Notes under the pieces: generated by a model
Database searches by the model: none
What the model was told of the DNA's origin: nothing
The model's input: only the letters and a program-made list of their open reading frames with translations
Made by a program: the position numbers and the translations under genes
In this document: positions 48,347 through 58,389 of the stretch, piece after piece
Layout: every line of letters begins with the position of its first letter
How positions within the stretch are numbered: the first letter of the stretch is position 1
Assembly: GCA_964394855.1 (NCBI GenBank)
Contig: CAYMZD010000004.1
Coordinates: 8,316 to 72,315, forward strand
Origin: an uncultured Gammaproteobacteria bacterium
GTDB lineage: Bacteria; Patescibacteriota; Microgenomatia; Daviesbacterales; UBA10151
DNA: 64,000 bases
Direction: 5' to 3'

Positions 48347-49928
48347 ACATTTATTAATCCAAATAGACAAAAATAGCTGGAAATTAGATATAAATTTGCC
48401 CGATAGAAAGATACCGAGGAGTTTTAGGTTAGACCGAAATGGTTATATTTGTTTGGGATATTTTATTAGTTGGGAAGAGGATCTAACAGATCAGCAGATT
48501 TTTCAGTATTGTAAAGACAGAGACTTTGAAACGTTAGCCAATTTAACCGCCGATTTTTTAATAATATTTATCGATCAAAGTAATAAAAAAGTAACTGTAC
48601 TTAACAGCCAAACAGGAACCTTTCCATGTTATTTTGCTTTCATAGAGGACAATTTAATTATCTCAACCTCGTTTTACGAGATTAAAAAAAGGTTAAAATA
48701 TCTAACTTTAAATTTAAATCAAGCCTTTGATTATTTTATATTTGAATTTTTCAATTTTCCACAAGATGAAACGATATTAGAGGAGATAAACCAGGTTCCG
48801 CCAGCGGCGCTATTAGAAGTTAAACCGACTTTCGAATATAGAATTAGTTCTTTACTAAAGTACAGAGAATTTTATGGAGAAGGGGTTACACCTCTGGAAT
48901 CAACTGAAGATTTTACTAATCAAGTTGCTACTTTAATAGAAATAATCACTCGGGAACGCTTGACAAGACTTAAACAATTTTCTAAGGCTGGTGAATTAAG
49001 CTCTGGCTATGATAGTGGATTAGTAGCCTCCGCGATTGCTAATATAGATCCCCAAAGTGCTCAATTTTATACTTGGAATTCAGAGTTGGATCAACTTGAT
49101 AGCGATCCCGCTGTTGTAAAAAAGTTCGCTTTAAAACATGAATTAAAAGTTAATTTTTGGGAGAAAGATGCCTACTTTCCTTTTGCGGCAGAAGAAGACT
49201 TGAAGCTATCGGAAGATAATTTTTATCCAGCGACATTTGCTCAAAATTTAATTTTAGAATTCTACAAGTATCTTTCAGCGGAGGACAAAGAGGTTGTTTT
49301 TAACGGAACTGGAGGAGATGAAATTTATATGGTACATGAAATGGATGATTTATATCCATATTTTGTTCATCTTGATTATTTTGATACTGTTAGAGCTCTA
49401 GATTGGGATATAGATAGGATATTAACTTCAAAAGGTATAGATATTTTGATGGATAGAGATCGTTTTTCGAAAAGAAATCTCTATCCTGTGATTTTATCTA
49501 CGTCATCATTGGAAAAAAATTATTTCCCAATTTATTGGGAATATAATCTTTGGCCAGTATCTCCTTTAACAGATCCTAGATTAATTAAATTAGCTCGTAG
49601 AATGCCTAAAAAAGATCCAGAGCAATTGCGGAAAGAGCATATCTGGAAACACAGAACAGATATTTTCCTGCCCGAGCAACTAAAGCCCAAGCATAGATTT
49701 GGAACTTTAAATTTTGTTAAACAATATGTTAAAAAGAGAAAAGATTTTATTATTGAGGTACTTAGAAATTCAGTCTTGGCTAAAAAAGGTTTAATTAAGG
49801 CAGATGAAATTATAAAAAATCTACAAGAGGACAAATTTGATTTATATTCTGACAAAAATAATTTGTTTTTCCATAATGTAATTAGGCTTGAATATTTTAT
49901 CCAAAAAAATTTAGTTAAAGTTTTGTGA
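48339..49928 (+). CDS. asparagine synthetase-like protein (lasso cyclase-like)
   Basis: PP-loop ELSSGYDS, NGTGGDE, SPLTD; no catalytic N-terminal Cys. Confidence 0.8.
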   Translation: MNKHLLIQIDKNSWKLDINLPDRKIPRSFRLDRNGYICLGYFISWEEDLTDQQIFQYCKDRDFETLANLTADFLIIFIDQSNKKVTVLNSQTGTFPCYFAFIEDNLIISTSFYEIKKRLKYLTLNLNQAFDYFIFEFFNFPQDETILEEINQVPPAALLEVKPTFEYRISSLLKYREFYGEGVTPLESTEDFTNQVATLIEIITRERLTRLKQFSKAGELSSGYDSGLVASAIANIDPQSAQFYTWNSELDQLDSDPAVVKKFALKHELKVNFWEKDAYFPFAAEEDLKLSEDNFYPATFAQNLILEFYKYLSAEDKEVVFNGTGGDEIYMVHEMDDLYPYFVHLDYFDTVRALDWDIDRILTSKGIDILMDRDRFSKRNLYPVILSTSSLEKNYFPIYWEYNLWPVSPLTDPRLIKLARRMPKKDPEQLRKEHIWKHRTDIFLPEQLKPKHRFGTLNFVKQYVKKRKDFIIEVLRNSVLAKKGLIKADEIIKNLQEDKFDLYSDKNNLFFHNVIRLEYFIQKNLVKVL

Positions 49929-49960
49929 TGTTGGTATGTGATTATTTTGCTAAAATAATC

Positions 49961-50084
49961 AGATAAAATATTTTTTTACTATAAAAATATAAAAAGGGGA
50001 AGGGGACATTAAAATTTGAGGCTTGGGGATATTACCATCCATAATTTAATTATCAAATTTTTACGCTTTATTTGTCAAGTCAAG
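49961..50084 (+). repeat. direct repeat, right flank of RiPP cassette
   Basis: Copy of 47694-47809 with extra TATAAAAA and two substitutions. Confidence 0.92.
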
Positions 50085-50190
50085 GAAATTGACAAGCATG
50101 ATAGTTTTTGTTATATTCTTATTCATTCTGTCATTTTGTACAAATACAGTTTAGCCTTCTTTGTCTGGTCAATCAGACCATGGCGGAGGA

Positions 50191-50880
50191 TTAGCTCCGA
50201 TAACTAATATATTCACGAGCATTAATATCTAATCCTGAATCTAATATATATTTTTCTTGAGCGAAATCCTTAATTAAAACGGCTATTTTTTCAGGTAGAA
50301 TTCCTTGAAAATTTTTCATTTGGGTAGCAACTCCTCCAGATATGAAATTATATATTTTTAAAGTGGGAGTTTCCTTTGCCAAAGCTTGAGTAAAACCTCG
50401 CACACCCCATTTTGAAGCTCCATAAACTGATTGTTTTTCATATCCTCCTATACTGGCAGCACTTCCCATATTTATAATCATGTCTTGAATATATGGTAAG
50501 CAAGCAATAGTCATTTTAATCAATCCCTCCAAGTTAACTCTTAATTGATTTTCAACTTCATTATTAGTATGTTCTCTCGCCATTTTCCAAAAAATTACTC
50601 CGGAGTTATTAATTAAGATAGATATTTTTCCTAATTGTTTTATTATTTTAGCAACCGTCCTTTTTATAGAATCATTATTTGTGAGATCTAAATATAATAA
50701 CAAAACTTTAGGAGACCCCAATTCTAGGCACCTTCTTTTTACTAACTCTCCTTCTTTATATCCCTTATAATAAGTTAAAATCAGTATACTTTTTTGTTTG
50801 GCAAATTCATAAGCACATTCTTTCCCGATACCACGACTTGCTCCAGTTATAAACACAACTCTATTTTCTAAAGAATACAT
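50191..50880 (-). CDS. short-chain dehydrogenase/reductase
   Basis: TGASRGIG, INNSG, YGASK. Confidence 0.9.
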   Translation of the reverse strand: MYSLENRVVFITGASRGIGKECAYEFAKQKSILILTYYKGYKEGELVKRRCLELGSPKVLLLYLDLTNNDSIKRTVAKIIKQLGKISILINNSGVIFWKMAREHTNNEVENQLRVNLEGLIKMTIACLPYIQDMIINMGSAASIGGYEKQSVYGASKWGVRGFTQALAKETPTLKIYNFISGGVATQMKNFQGILPEKIAVLIKDFAQEKYILDSGLDINAREYISYRS

Positions 50881-50910
50881 ATCACTTCTTTCATATCAAC
50901 TTTATTAATA

Positions 50911-52155
50911 TTATCTTCTTGTTACAAAATCTAAAAATTGAGCATTAATTTTGGCTGGTGAAAATTTATCTAAGGTAATTGTTTGGGCTAATTCAGATAA
51001 GTACTGTCGGTATCGAGAAGGTGCAGAAATAAGATCTTTAATTTTTTGGGCTAACTGATAATAACCAATTTCATTTGGCTCTTGGGCTAGAAAACCAGCT
51101 TCACCAAATTGAGATATAGCCTCTCCTGATCCCCGTGAATTAAAGCCCATTAAAGGTAGCCCATGACTAGCAGCTTCGGTAAATACTAAACTTAGACCTT
51201 CTATGGTTGATGGCTGAAAGAAGAGATCAGCGTTTGTATATGCCTTACATAAAAAATCACCATCTGGAATACATCCTCTTAAATCAAACTGGCAATGAGA
51301 GAAACTTTTATTTAATTCTTCAGTTTGTTGAGAAAACCATTGACCATATGGATTATTAAGATCGCCCACAACAACGAACTTTGCTAGACTATCACTACCT
51401 TTCAATATACGGTCTAGCATAACCGCAAGTTCCAATAATCTACCAGTACCTTTTTTAGCAGTAATACGACCTACACTTAAAATTGTATATTCGTTAGTAT
51501 CAGTTTTTCTTTGCTGGGGACATTTATGGCAAAATTCTCCAACTGGTGGAATAACTATCCATTCAGCGGGAGTATCTTTAGGAAAAACATTATCGAATGA
51601 GGATTTGATCGAATATGAATTAAATATAGCTGATGTATTTGTTATTCCTCTTTGAGATAACATCATATTTCTAAGGTGATATAAGGGGTGCGAAAGTAGA
51701 TAGATATAATAGTCCACCAAAGATGCGGAATCGACATCAGAAAGTCCTATGTCTAATGGACAATTCCATACGACAGTAGTTTTTCGTTTTTGCTTAGGTA
51801 TTAATCGATCGTAGACACTCATACCTATCATATCAGGGCTATATATTACTATATTACCCATGCTTTGCTGAACTAAAGAAGATAACTTTCGTTTAGAAGC
51901 TGGGGTAGGCAGTTTTTCAAGAATTGGTATGCTCGCTATGGTATGGAGAGGCTCATAAGCTAAAGAAGGATAAGGTGATGGAGGGTGAACTAAAGATTTT
52001 CGTCTTTTGATTGGATAAGCCCATATTACTTCTTGATTGCCTTGACTTGCGGCAAATTCCGCGAATGAAGCAACTGTTCGTTGTATACCTCCTGTAGTAT
52101 TTGGGGCATATTCAGATGTAAGTAGCAGGCTATTTTTCGCTTCTTCCTTTAGCAT
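50911..52155 (-). CDS. GT4 family glycosyltransferase
   Basis: GGIQR, SVGRITAKKG, EGLSLVFTEA. Confidence 0.85.
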   Translation of the reverse strand: MLKEEAKNSLLLTSEYAPNTTGGIQRTVASFAEFAASQGNQEVIWAYPIKRRKSLVHPPSPYPSLAYEPLHTIASIPILEKLPTPASKRKLSSLVQQSMGNIVIYSPDMIGMSVYDRLIPKQKRKTTVVWNCPLDIGLSDVDSASLVDYYIYLLSHPLYHLRNMMLSQRGITNTSAIFNSYSIKSSFDNVFPKDTPAEWIVIPPVGEFCHKCPQQRKTDTNEYTILSVGRITAKKGTGRLLELAVMLDRILKGSDSLAKFVVVGDLNNPYGQWFSQQTEELNKSFSHCQFDLRGCIPDGDFLCKAYTNADLFFQPSTIEGLSLVFTEAASHGLPLMGFNSRGSGEAISQFGEAGFLAQEPNEIGYYQLAQKIKDLISAPSRYRQYLSELAQTITLDKFSPAKINAQFLDFVTRR

Positions 52156-52682
52156 TATATTTTAAATGTTTTTGTTGTTAATTGGTTTTTTATAAGAAAA
52201 AATAATAGCCACGCTAAAGTTAAAGGATTTTTTAGTTGATTAAGTAATTCAGACCATTTATTGATGAAGTCAAGTCGAATGATTATTTTATTATTAAATG
52301 CAAGAAAATCGTTTATTTTTTTTGTATCATATAATGAAATAGGAGTAGGTAAATTATAAAAATTAGCCCATTTAATATTCCTCACTTCTGAAGATTCCTT
52401 TAGTGTAGTGGGGTTAATTAGTTGCCCAGAGAATAAATATTTCTTTATATTACCATTTTTAGCATAATACTTGGCAATTAAATTAACTTTTTTTATCTTT
52501 ATTCCAGTTTCTTCATAAAGTTCTCTTAAAGCTGCAACTTTAGGAGATTCTTTTTTATTAATATGCCCTCCAGGGATAACCCAGAAAGGAACGTCTTGTC
52601 TCTGGGTTAAAAGAATTCTTCCTTCTCTATTGATAATAATTGTATGAACACTTTGATCCTTATAAGTATTTTGCTGTCTCAT
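52155..52682 (-). CDS. NUDIX hydrolase
   Basis: Nudix box PGG.....ESPKVAALRELYEETG. Confidence 0.88.
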   Translation of the reverse strand: MRQQNTYKDQSVHTIIINREGRILLTQRQDVPFWVIPGGHINKKESPKVAALRELYEETGIKIKKVNLIAKYYAKNGNIKKYLFSGQLINPTTLKESSEVRNIKWANFYNLPTPISLYDTKKINDFLAFNNKIIIRLDFINKWSELLNQLKNPLTLAWLLFFLIKNQLTTKTFKI

Positions 52683-53841
52683 TTATTGTCTTGCTAAAAT
52701 AGTAAAAGTATTTTAACAGATCTTTGTTAGTTATTTCTAAAAAAAGGGTTTCATAATCAAGCTCTCTTTTTAATATTTTTAATTTAAAGTTGAACTCTTG
52801 GTTACGGCACAAGCGGTCTTTAGAAATAGTTATTTTTCTAGACTTATTTTTTGGATGAGTAAAAATCAGATCAGGTAATCTTGAGCAGTAGTAGTCTGAA
52901 CAATATAAGCTTAACAGGAGAGCCTTCAACTTTCTTTCCATCTTGGAAAAGTTGTACTTATTAATTGTACTCTGTAATGCACTATTGCTCCATTTATAAT
53001 CTTCTTCATGCCCCACATGGACTTTGGTTAAATTTAGTACAGGAATGTTTGATTCACCTTGAAAGTAATCGTCCAGAAAGCAATCATTTATTCCTTCTTT
53101 TATTAAGGAGTCTTGCAATAACTTCCACCTCGTGATTGATGAAACATCATTCTTGTTATTTTTTGTATAAGCATTTAAGACAAGTGCTTCTAAGTCAATT
53201 CGAGCTAATAAAGCTTTACCTTCTGCAAATTTTGAATAATTTTCTTTAATTGCAGAGATCACAGTGTCTATAGTGGTATCTTCCCTTAAATATTGATGGA
53301 AACAATCGCGGTATTCAAACTTACGTCGAGATAAATATGCTTTGATACTATGTTGCTGATTAGTAATATTAAAAATTGGTGGATACTTTTCCCATGATAA
53401 GTTATCAATCTTAATACGTGTTTCACCTAGTATAATTCCATCCCAGACTTTAGTTATTTCTGTGAGTATTTTTTTAGGAAACAGATCTGCTTCAGATGAA
53501 TAGCCGATATTGGTTAGCTTGTCTTTACTAATTAAATCATTAATAATCTGCTTACCTAGCTTTGCTTCAAGTAAGAACTTAGAGGGGAAACATTGAGGAA
53601 TAGTATGAGTATGAAATGGTAAAAGAAACTTTATTTTGGGATGATTAATTAGTTGGTAAAAACATTCAGGATTCCAAGCTTTCAAAAGTAATAAATCTTC
53701 AGTGCAAATTGAAACTGTTGAATTAATAACTAAGGAATTTAAAATTAATGGAAGATACTTTTCTATATAAAGAGTCCGCTGGGAAAATGATAATGAAAGA
53801 TGGTTAAAATTAATATGGTAAAGAACGGATAGATTAATCAT
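52660..53841 (-). CDS. hypothetical protein, weak GH57/deacetylase-barrel resemblance
   Basis: N-terminal YHINF, YLPLI, FHTHTIP recall the GH57 N-terminus; coupled in operon. Confidence 0.45.
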   Translation of the reverse strand: MINLSVLYHINFNHLSLSFSQRTLYIEKYLPLILNSLVINSTVSICTEDLLLLKAWNPECFYQLINHPKIKFLLPFHTHTIPQCFPSKFLLEAKLGKQIINDLISKDKLTNIGYSSEADLFPKKILTEITKVWDGIILGETRIKIDNLSWEKYPPIFNITNQQHSIKAYLSRRKFEYRDCFHQYLREDTTIDTVISAIKENYSKFAEGKALLARIDLEALVLNAYTKNNKNDVSSITRWKLLQDSLIKEGINDCFLDDYFQGESNIPVLNLTKVHVGHEEDYKWSNSALQSTINKYNFSKMERKLKALLLSLYCSDYYCSRLPDLIFTHPKNKSRKITISKDRLCRNQEFNFKLKILKRELDYETLFLEITNKDLLKYFYYFSKTINETAKYL

Positions 53842-54865
53842 GAGTTAATAATTGTTGCACTAAGTTTTTTTGTTTATATTCTGCCCATTTTTGAAACCAT
53901 GAAAGATCTTGTGGAGAAACTACTTCTGCTAGTTGAGCAATTGAGTCTCGGTAACAGTCAGCAATTCTTGCTAATGTGTTTCGTAGAACATTACTTTTTG
54001 TAACTAATTCATTAATTACCATTGAATCGGTCGGTGTAATTGTTCCTTTTCCAAAGAATGCTAATAGGGTACTTCTATCAGTAGGAGATAGCAAATTATA
54101 TAGATAGGATAAAGGTATGGTTGGTACACCTCGTCGAATGTCACTAAATGAACGACCATAAAGGTCCCCATCTGTAAAGTCTTTCAGGTCATTGATTAAT
54201 TGTCCTCCTTGATTAAATAATCTTAGACCAGAGATTGCTAATTTAAATTTTTGATCTTCTTGTGATTCTGTCCACATCGCACTTAGCTGAAATGTTCCGT
54301 GAAAATCACATCTATTTTCGTAGTTACGCGTAATTATTCCTACTGGTGTTTCTAAATCCATAAGTCGATGTTCCCTAAGTGATCTAAGTCCGATCTGAAT
54401 ATATCTTGTACATGAGCTTGCAACAGTAGAGTTACCAACTTTTTCTGTTAAGTATTCTAATAATTTTTTAGTTCCATTTAAGGCTGCTGCAAGGGTTTGC
54501 TGTTTACCAAATTTTACCCAGCAGGTTTGAAGGTTACCTCGCATTGTGTCCTCATCTTCAATATCATCAAACATTAAAGAAATTGCCCAAAGCATATCTG
54601 CGGAGACTGCTAATGGTTTTCGGATATCACTATTTATTCCTAAATTTTTGCCCAGTACTTCAACAAATAGTCCTTTTTCTTTATGTACATGGGTAACAAA
54701 ACTGTGGTGTATGGGAATTGCTGTTTCGGGTTCAAGTCGACCTAGAAACTCTTGAGTTAGGAATAAAAGTCCTCGGTTTTTCCATTCCTCAAAAACTGAT
54801 AAAACAGTTGGGGCATTAATTCTTGCGTAAATTGCAGTGTCTAATTCAGGGATCATAAAAGTCAT
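53834..54865 (-). CDS. polyprenyl synthetase / class I terpene synthase-fold protein
   Basis: FDDIEDED..RG first Asp-rich motif; QLINDLKD second motif; SDIRRG. Confidence 0.82.
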   Translation of the reverse strand: MTFMIPELDTAIYARINAPTVLSVFEEWKNRGLLFLTQEFLGRLEPETAIPIHHSFVTHVHKEKGLFVEVLGKNLGINSDIRKPLAVSADMLWAISLMFDDIEDEDTMRGNLQTCWVKFGKQQTLAAALNGTKKLLEYLTEKVGNSTVASSCTRYIQIGLRSLREHRLMDLETPVGIITRNYENRCDFHGTFQLSAMWTESQEDQKFKLAISGLRLFNQGGQLINDLKDFTDGDLYGRSFSDIRRGVPTIPLSYLYNLLSPTDRSTLLAFFGKGTITPTDSMVINELVTKSNVLRNTLARIADCYRDSIAQLAEVVSPQDLSWFQKWAEYKQKNLVQQLLTHD

Positions 54866-54954
54866 TATATCAATCTATATCAGTACTTACCAACTTTATA
54901 AGAATTTTAACGAATATGAATAGGTAAATTACAAAGTTTTTTTAAGTAAATGAT

Positions 54955-55383
54955 TTATTCAAAAGCTTTATCTATGACTTCTTGTGATAAATACTTCCAA
55001 GATAATCTGGGATCAGTATAGTGTCTGGCTCTTTGAATTTTATCGTTCTTTATTTCAAATACTCCAACTATCGGAGTTCTAAATTTTTGGCCGGTTAATT
55101 CATCAATATAGCTTTCTACCCACTCAACTATTACTATACCTTTTTCCTCATCAGCTAAGATATTTTTAAACTGATACTCTCTGCCTTTAATTTGATAAAC
55201 TTTTTTGATGTTTTCTTCAACTGCCTTACCAGAAATAGTAGGAAAGGGCTGATCATTTTTATCTAAATACATTTCAATAACCTGATAGTTAGGGCTAATT
55301 AAGTTTAGCCCCTTTTTAGTATTACCCTCTTGTTCAGCTCTAAAAGAGTCCAGTACTAATTGAATCAATTGTTGTTTGTTCAT
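54955..55383 (-). CDS. NTF2/SnoaL-like protein
   Basis: VIVEW...VGVFEIKNDKIQRARHYTD. Confidence 0.75.
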   Translation of the reverse strand: MNKQQLIQLVLDSFRAEQEGNTKKGLNLISPNYQVIEMYLDKNDQPFPTISGKAVEENIKKVYQIKGREYQFKNILADEEKGIVIVEWVESYIDELTGQKFRTPIVGVFEIKNDKIQRARHYTDPRLSWKYLSQEVIDKAFE

Positions 55384-55461
55384 TAAATTAAGTTTATTGT
55401 TTAATTTTGCTTAAAGCAAATGAAGTTAAATTATTTCTTGAATTTAAGTCAAGATCTAATA

Positions 55462-56082
55462 TCAGCCAAATAACTGATCTAAACTTTTCTTTAGCAGTTT
55501 AATATTCTCTTTGTTCTTGGCTCTAGTAAAAAGAGTATTAAAATTTTTATAATAAGACTTAGCTTTTTCTAGTTTATTCTCTTCAAAATAAAAGTAGGTT
55601 AAATTAAAATAAATACTAATTTTTTCATCTAAATTTTTAGCTAATTTTTTAGCCTCCAGATAATAATTTTCTGCCTGTTTTGTTTCACCAATTCTTCTAT
55701 AAGCATTACCCAAATTTAAGCTAGATTGGTATCTATCTAGTCCTAGATTGCGAGCTTTTTGGTAAGATTTTATAGCTTTAAGGCCAGATTTAAGGTTTTG
55801 AAGATCTGTTTGGTGGTGATAAACATGCCCTAAATATGAATGGGTGATAGGATCTTTACTGCTCAACTTCAAAGATCTACTTAGATAATTAATCGCTTTA
55901 TTTTGCAAAAGCAACCTTTTCTTACCAGGAGACATAGCTGCTTTTTGATCATATAAAAGCCCCAATAAATTTAAAATTTGAGGTAGATTTTTTGAATATT
56001 CATTAAGTAACTTTTCTGCCTCATCATATTTTTGATTTGATATTAAATCTTTTATTTTTTCAAGATTTTTATCATCATTCAT
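55462..56082 (-). CDS. tetratricopeptide repeat protein
   Basis: Repeated LG..Y...A...Y..A helices. Confidence 0.78.
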   Translation of the reverse strand: MNDDKNLEKIKDLISNQKYDEAEKLLNEYSKNLPQILNLLGLLYDQKAAMSPGKKRLLLQNKAINYLSRSLKLSSKDPITHSYLGHVYHHQTDLQNLKSGLKAIKSYQKARNLGLDRYQSSLNLGNAYRRIGETKQAENYYLEAKKLAKNLDEKISIYFNLTYFYFEENKLEKAKSYYKNFNTLFTRAKNKENIKLLKKSLDQLFG

Positions 56083-56185
56083 ACATCTGGATTATACTAC
56101 TTAGGAGGGCCTTTGAAGATATTAATATAAATAAGGATTCAATCATAACGTAATTTTACCATTTTTGTATGGTAGAATCATGACT

Positions 56186-56764
56186 ATGATTAAATTAAAT
56201 GCTAAACAGCTGCGAGGGGGTCCCACTTCGCTAAAGCTTCGCGGACTAAAGTCAAAAGTCAAACATAATGAGATATATATTGTTTTGGATAATGTCTTGG
56301 ATACATATAATATTGGCTCTATTTTCAGATTGGCAGATGCCGTTTCTGCCAAAAAGATCTATCTTTGTGGGGAAACTGCCACCCCTCCTAATCATCGGAT
56401 TAAAAAAGCCTCCATTAATACCACCGAATGGGTAGAGTGGGAATATTGCGAATCTGCGGTAGAGGCAATATCTAAGATCACCTCCGAGGTGAAAAAAATG
56501 CGATTACACCTCGGAGGTGGAGGATCAATACAAATTATAGCAATAGAACAGAGCCCTAAATCAATCCATTATAACAAATTTGAGTACAAATTGCCTATAT
56601 GTTTGGTAGTAGGACATGAAACAAATGGAGTATCCAAAGAAGTGCTGGAAAAAGTGGATGGGATAGTGGAACTGCCCATGTTTGGGATAAATAAATCCTT
56701 AAATGTTATGGTTTCTTTGGGAATAGTGCTTTACAAGGTACTGGAAAAAAAGTTAGATTTGTGA
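56186..56764 (+). CDS. TrmH/SpoU family RNA methyltransferase
   Basis: YNIGSIFR, VVGHETNG, LPMFG..KSLNV. Confidence 0.9.
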   Translation: MIKLNAKQLRGGPTSLKLRGLKSKVKHNEIYIVLDNVLDTYNIGSIFRLADAVSAKKIYLCGETATPPNHRIKKASINTTEWVEWEYCESAVEAISKITSEVKKMRLHLGGGGSIQIIAIEQSPKSIHYNKFEYKLPICLVVGHETNGVSKEVLEKVDGIVELPMFGINKSLNVMVSLGIVLYKVLEKKLDL

Positions 56765-56770
56765 TATGTT

Positions 56771-58162
56771 GTGCCCAAGATGTTCGGAGAAAAAGATTCC
56801 GAAGAAGTGCTCTTTCCTTATAGAAAAATTTATTATCAACTTAAAGAAGGTATTTATTTCGTTCCCGGAGTCAAAGGAACTGCAATCTGTGATACTACCA
56901 CCGGTAATGTTTATAGCATCAACGAAGCTGGTAAAAGAGCTCTCTTGGGGCAACAAGAAGAACCTGATTACCTACAACAACTAAAAGAGCTTGGCCTTGT
57001 CGATGGCCAACCACAGCCGATTGAACTACAAAAACCTAAATTCGCTCTTGATTTTGTCTGGTTTGAACTAACTGAAGATTGTAATGAACGTTGTGCCCAC
57101 TGTTATGCCAACAGCATGCCGCCAAGATTGCGTAGACTTCTACCTATGGCTCAAACTACAGGATACGAAACAAATGGTCGGGTTAAACTGACTGCAGAAA
57201 GGTGGCGCGAGTTAATCCGCGAATCATACGATCTGGGTTGCCGTGAGTGTCAGTTTATTGGCGGCGAACCATTTTTCTGGCATGGTGAAAATAAAGAAAC
57301 TATGCTTGATTTGGCAACTTATGCTAAGGGGATGGGTTATCTTTCAATAGAGATTTTTACCAATGCCACACTGATTCATCCAGAAGACATTCAAAGGATT
57401 AAGGAGTTAGATTTGCATATTGCGGTTTCTCTCTACTCTGACGATGAAGAGGTTCACGACACTATTACCAAAACACCCGGCAGTTTTGCCAGAACCACGC
57501 AGGCTCTTGAACGGCTCAAAGAAGCTGGCGTCCAAACCCGTGTTGAGACTGTACTCATGCGTCCCAATCAACACACTGTTGAAAGCACCAACCAATTTAT
57601 CCAACAAATGGGTTTTAACCATCGCTCACCGGATGTTTTGCGACCCAAAGGACGCGGTGACAATCTTGAACTTATACCAGATCCGGAATCACTTGTTAAA
57701 TATGGTTTAATTCTGGGACCGGATTTTTCTGCTTCGCCTGATTTTTTCCAGAGAAGCGTAGATGGACATAACTGTTTGGCTGGAAAAATTACCATAACTG
57801 ATAATGGAAACGTATTACCCTGTATTTTCTCAAGAGAGCAAATTGTAGGAAATGTTAGACAGAAATCACTTGAGGAAGTACTTGAAGATAAAATCCAACA
57901 AATTTGGGGTTTAACCAAAGATGATGTTTTGGTTTGTCAGGATTGCCAGTATCGTTACGTTTGTTTTGATTGTCGCCCGCTTTCTGAAGGCGCTACCAGT
58001 GGTAACGGGAAATACGCAAGCGCTCCTTATCCCCGCTGTACCCACAACCCCTATGAGGATCGTTGGGGTAACGGAACTTGGAAGCTGGATGGAAACGGCC
58101 AACCATATTACGATGAAACATTAAAACCAATTATAGAAAAAGTAAGAAGTGAGGGGAGGTGA
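56771..58162 (+). CDS. radical SAM/SPASM peptide maturase
   Basis: CNERCAHC; GGEP; SPASM CLAGK...PC...CQDCQYRYVCFDCR...C; RRE-like N-terminus. Confidence 0.9.
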   Translation: MPKMFGEKDSEEVLFPYRKIYYQLKEGIYFVPGVKGTAICDTTTGNVYSINEAGKRALLGQQEEPDYLQQLKELGLVDGQPQPIELQKPKFALDFVWFELTEDCNERCAHCYANSMPPRLRRLLPMAQTTGYETNGRVKLTAERWRELIRESYDLGCRECQFIGGEPFFWHGENKETMLDLATYAKGMGYLSIEIFTNATLIHPEDIQRIKELDLHIAVSLYSDDEEVHDTITKTPGSFARTTQALERLKEAGVQTRVETVLMRPNQHTVESTNQFIQQMGFNHRSPDVLRPKGRGDNLELIPDPESLVKYGLILGPDFSASPDFFQRSVDGHNCLAGKITITDNGNVLPCIFSREQIVGNVRQKSLEEVLEDKIQQIWGLTKDDVLVCQDCQYRYVCFDCRPLSEGATSGNGKYASAPYPRCTHNPYEDRWGNGTWKLDGNGQPYYDETLKPIIEKVRSEGR

Positions 58163-58389
58163 GAAAAATAACAGAAAATAGTGAAGTCTTAGCACAACAA
58201 GCGAGATCGGCCGTGACACAGGATGGTTCTGGACCCACGATAGAATTGGTTACGTCTGGGGCTAGAAAAATGGAGGCAAGCAAGATTATCTGTCCTCCAA
58301 ATTGTATTGTGATTTGTAATCCATCGTGTGAACCGACAATCTTTAAACCACCACCGCCCAAACCGCCACCACCAAAGCCACCAAACTAG
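58159..58389 (+). CDS. putative Cys-repeat RiPP precursor
   Basis: GTGA overlap with rSAM stop; core ICPPNCIVICNPSCEP; KPPPP tail. Confidence 0.72.
   Translation: MRKITENSEVLAQQARSAVTQDGSGPTIELVTSGARKMEASKIICPPNCIVICNPSCEPTIFKPPPPKPPPPKPPN

Noticed and set aside
50089-50200. Possible small RNA from a TTGACA/TATATT promoter facing the SDR gene
   Set aside because: Only weak hairpins and no recognisable family
56766-56984. Cys-containing ORF MLCPRC as a second rSAM precursor, and other short overlapping ORFs
   Set aside because: Out-of-frame or antisense shadows of well-supported genes with no RBS or motifs
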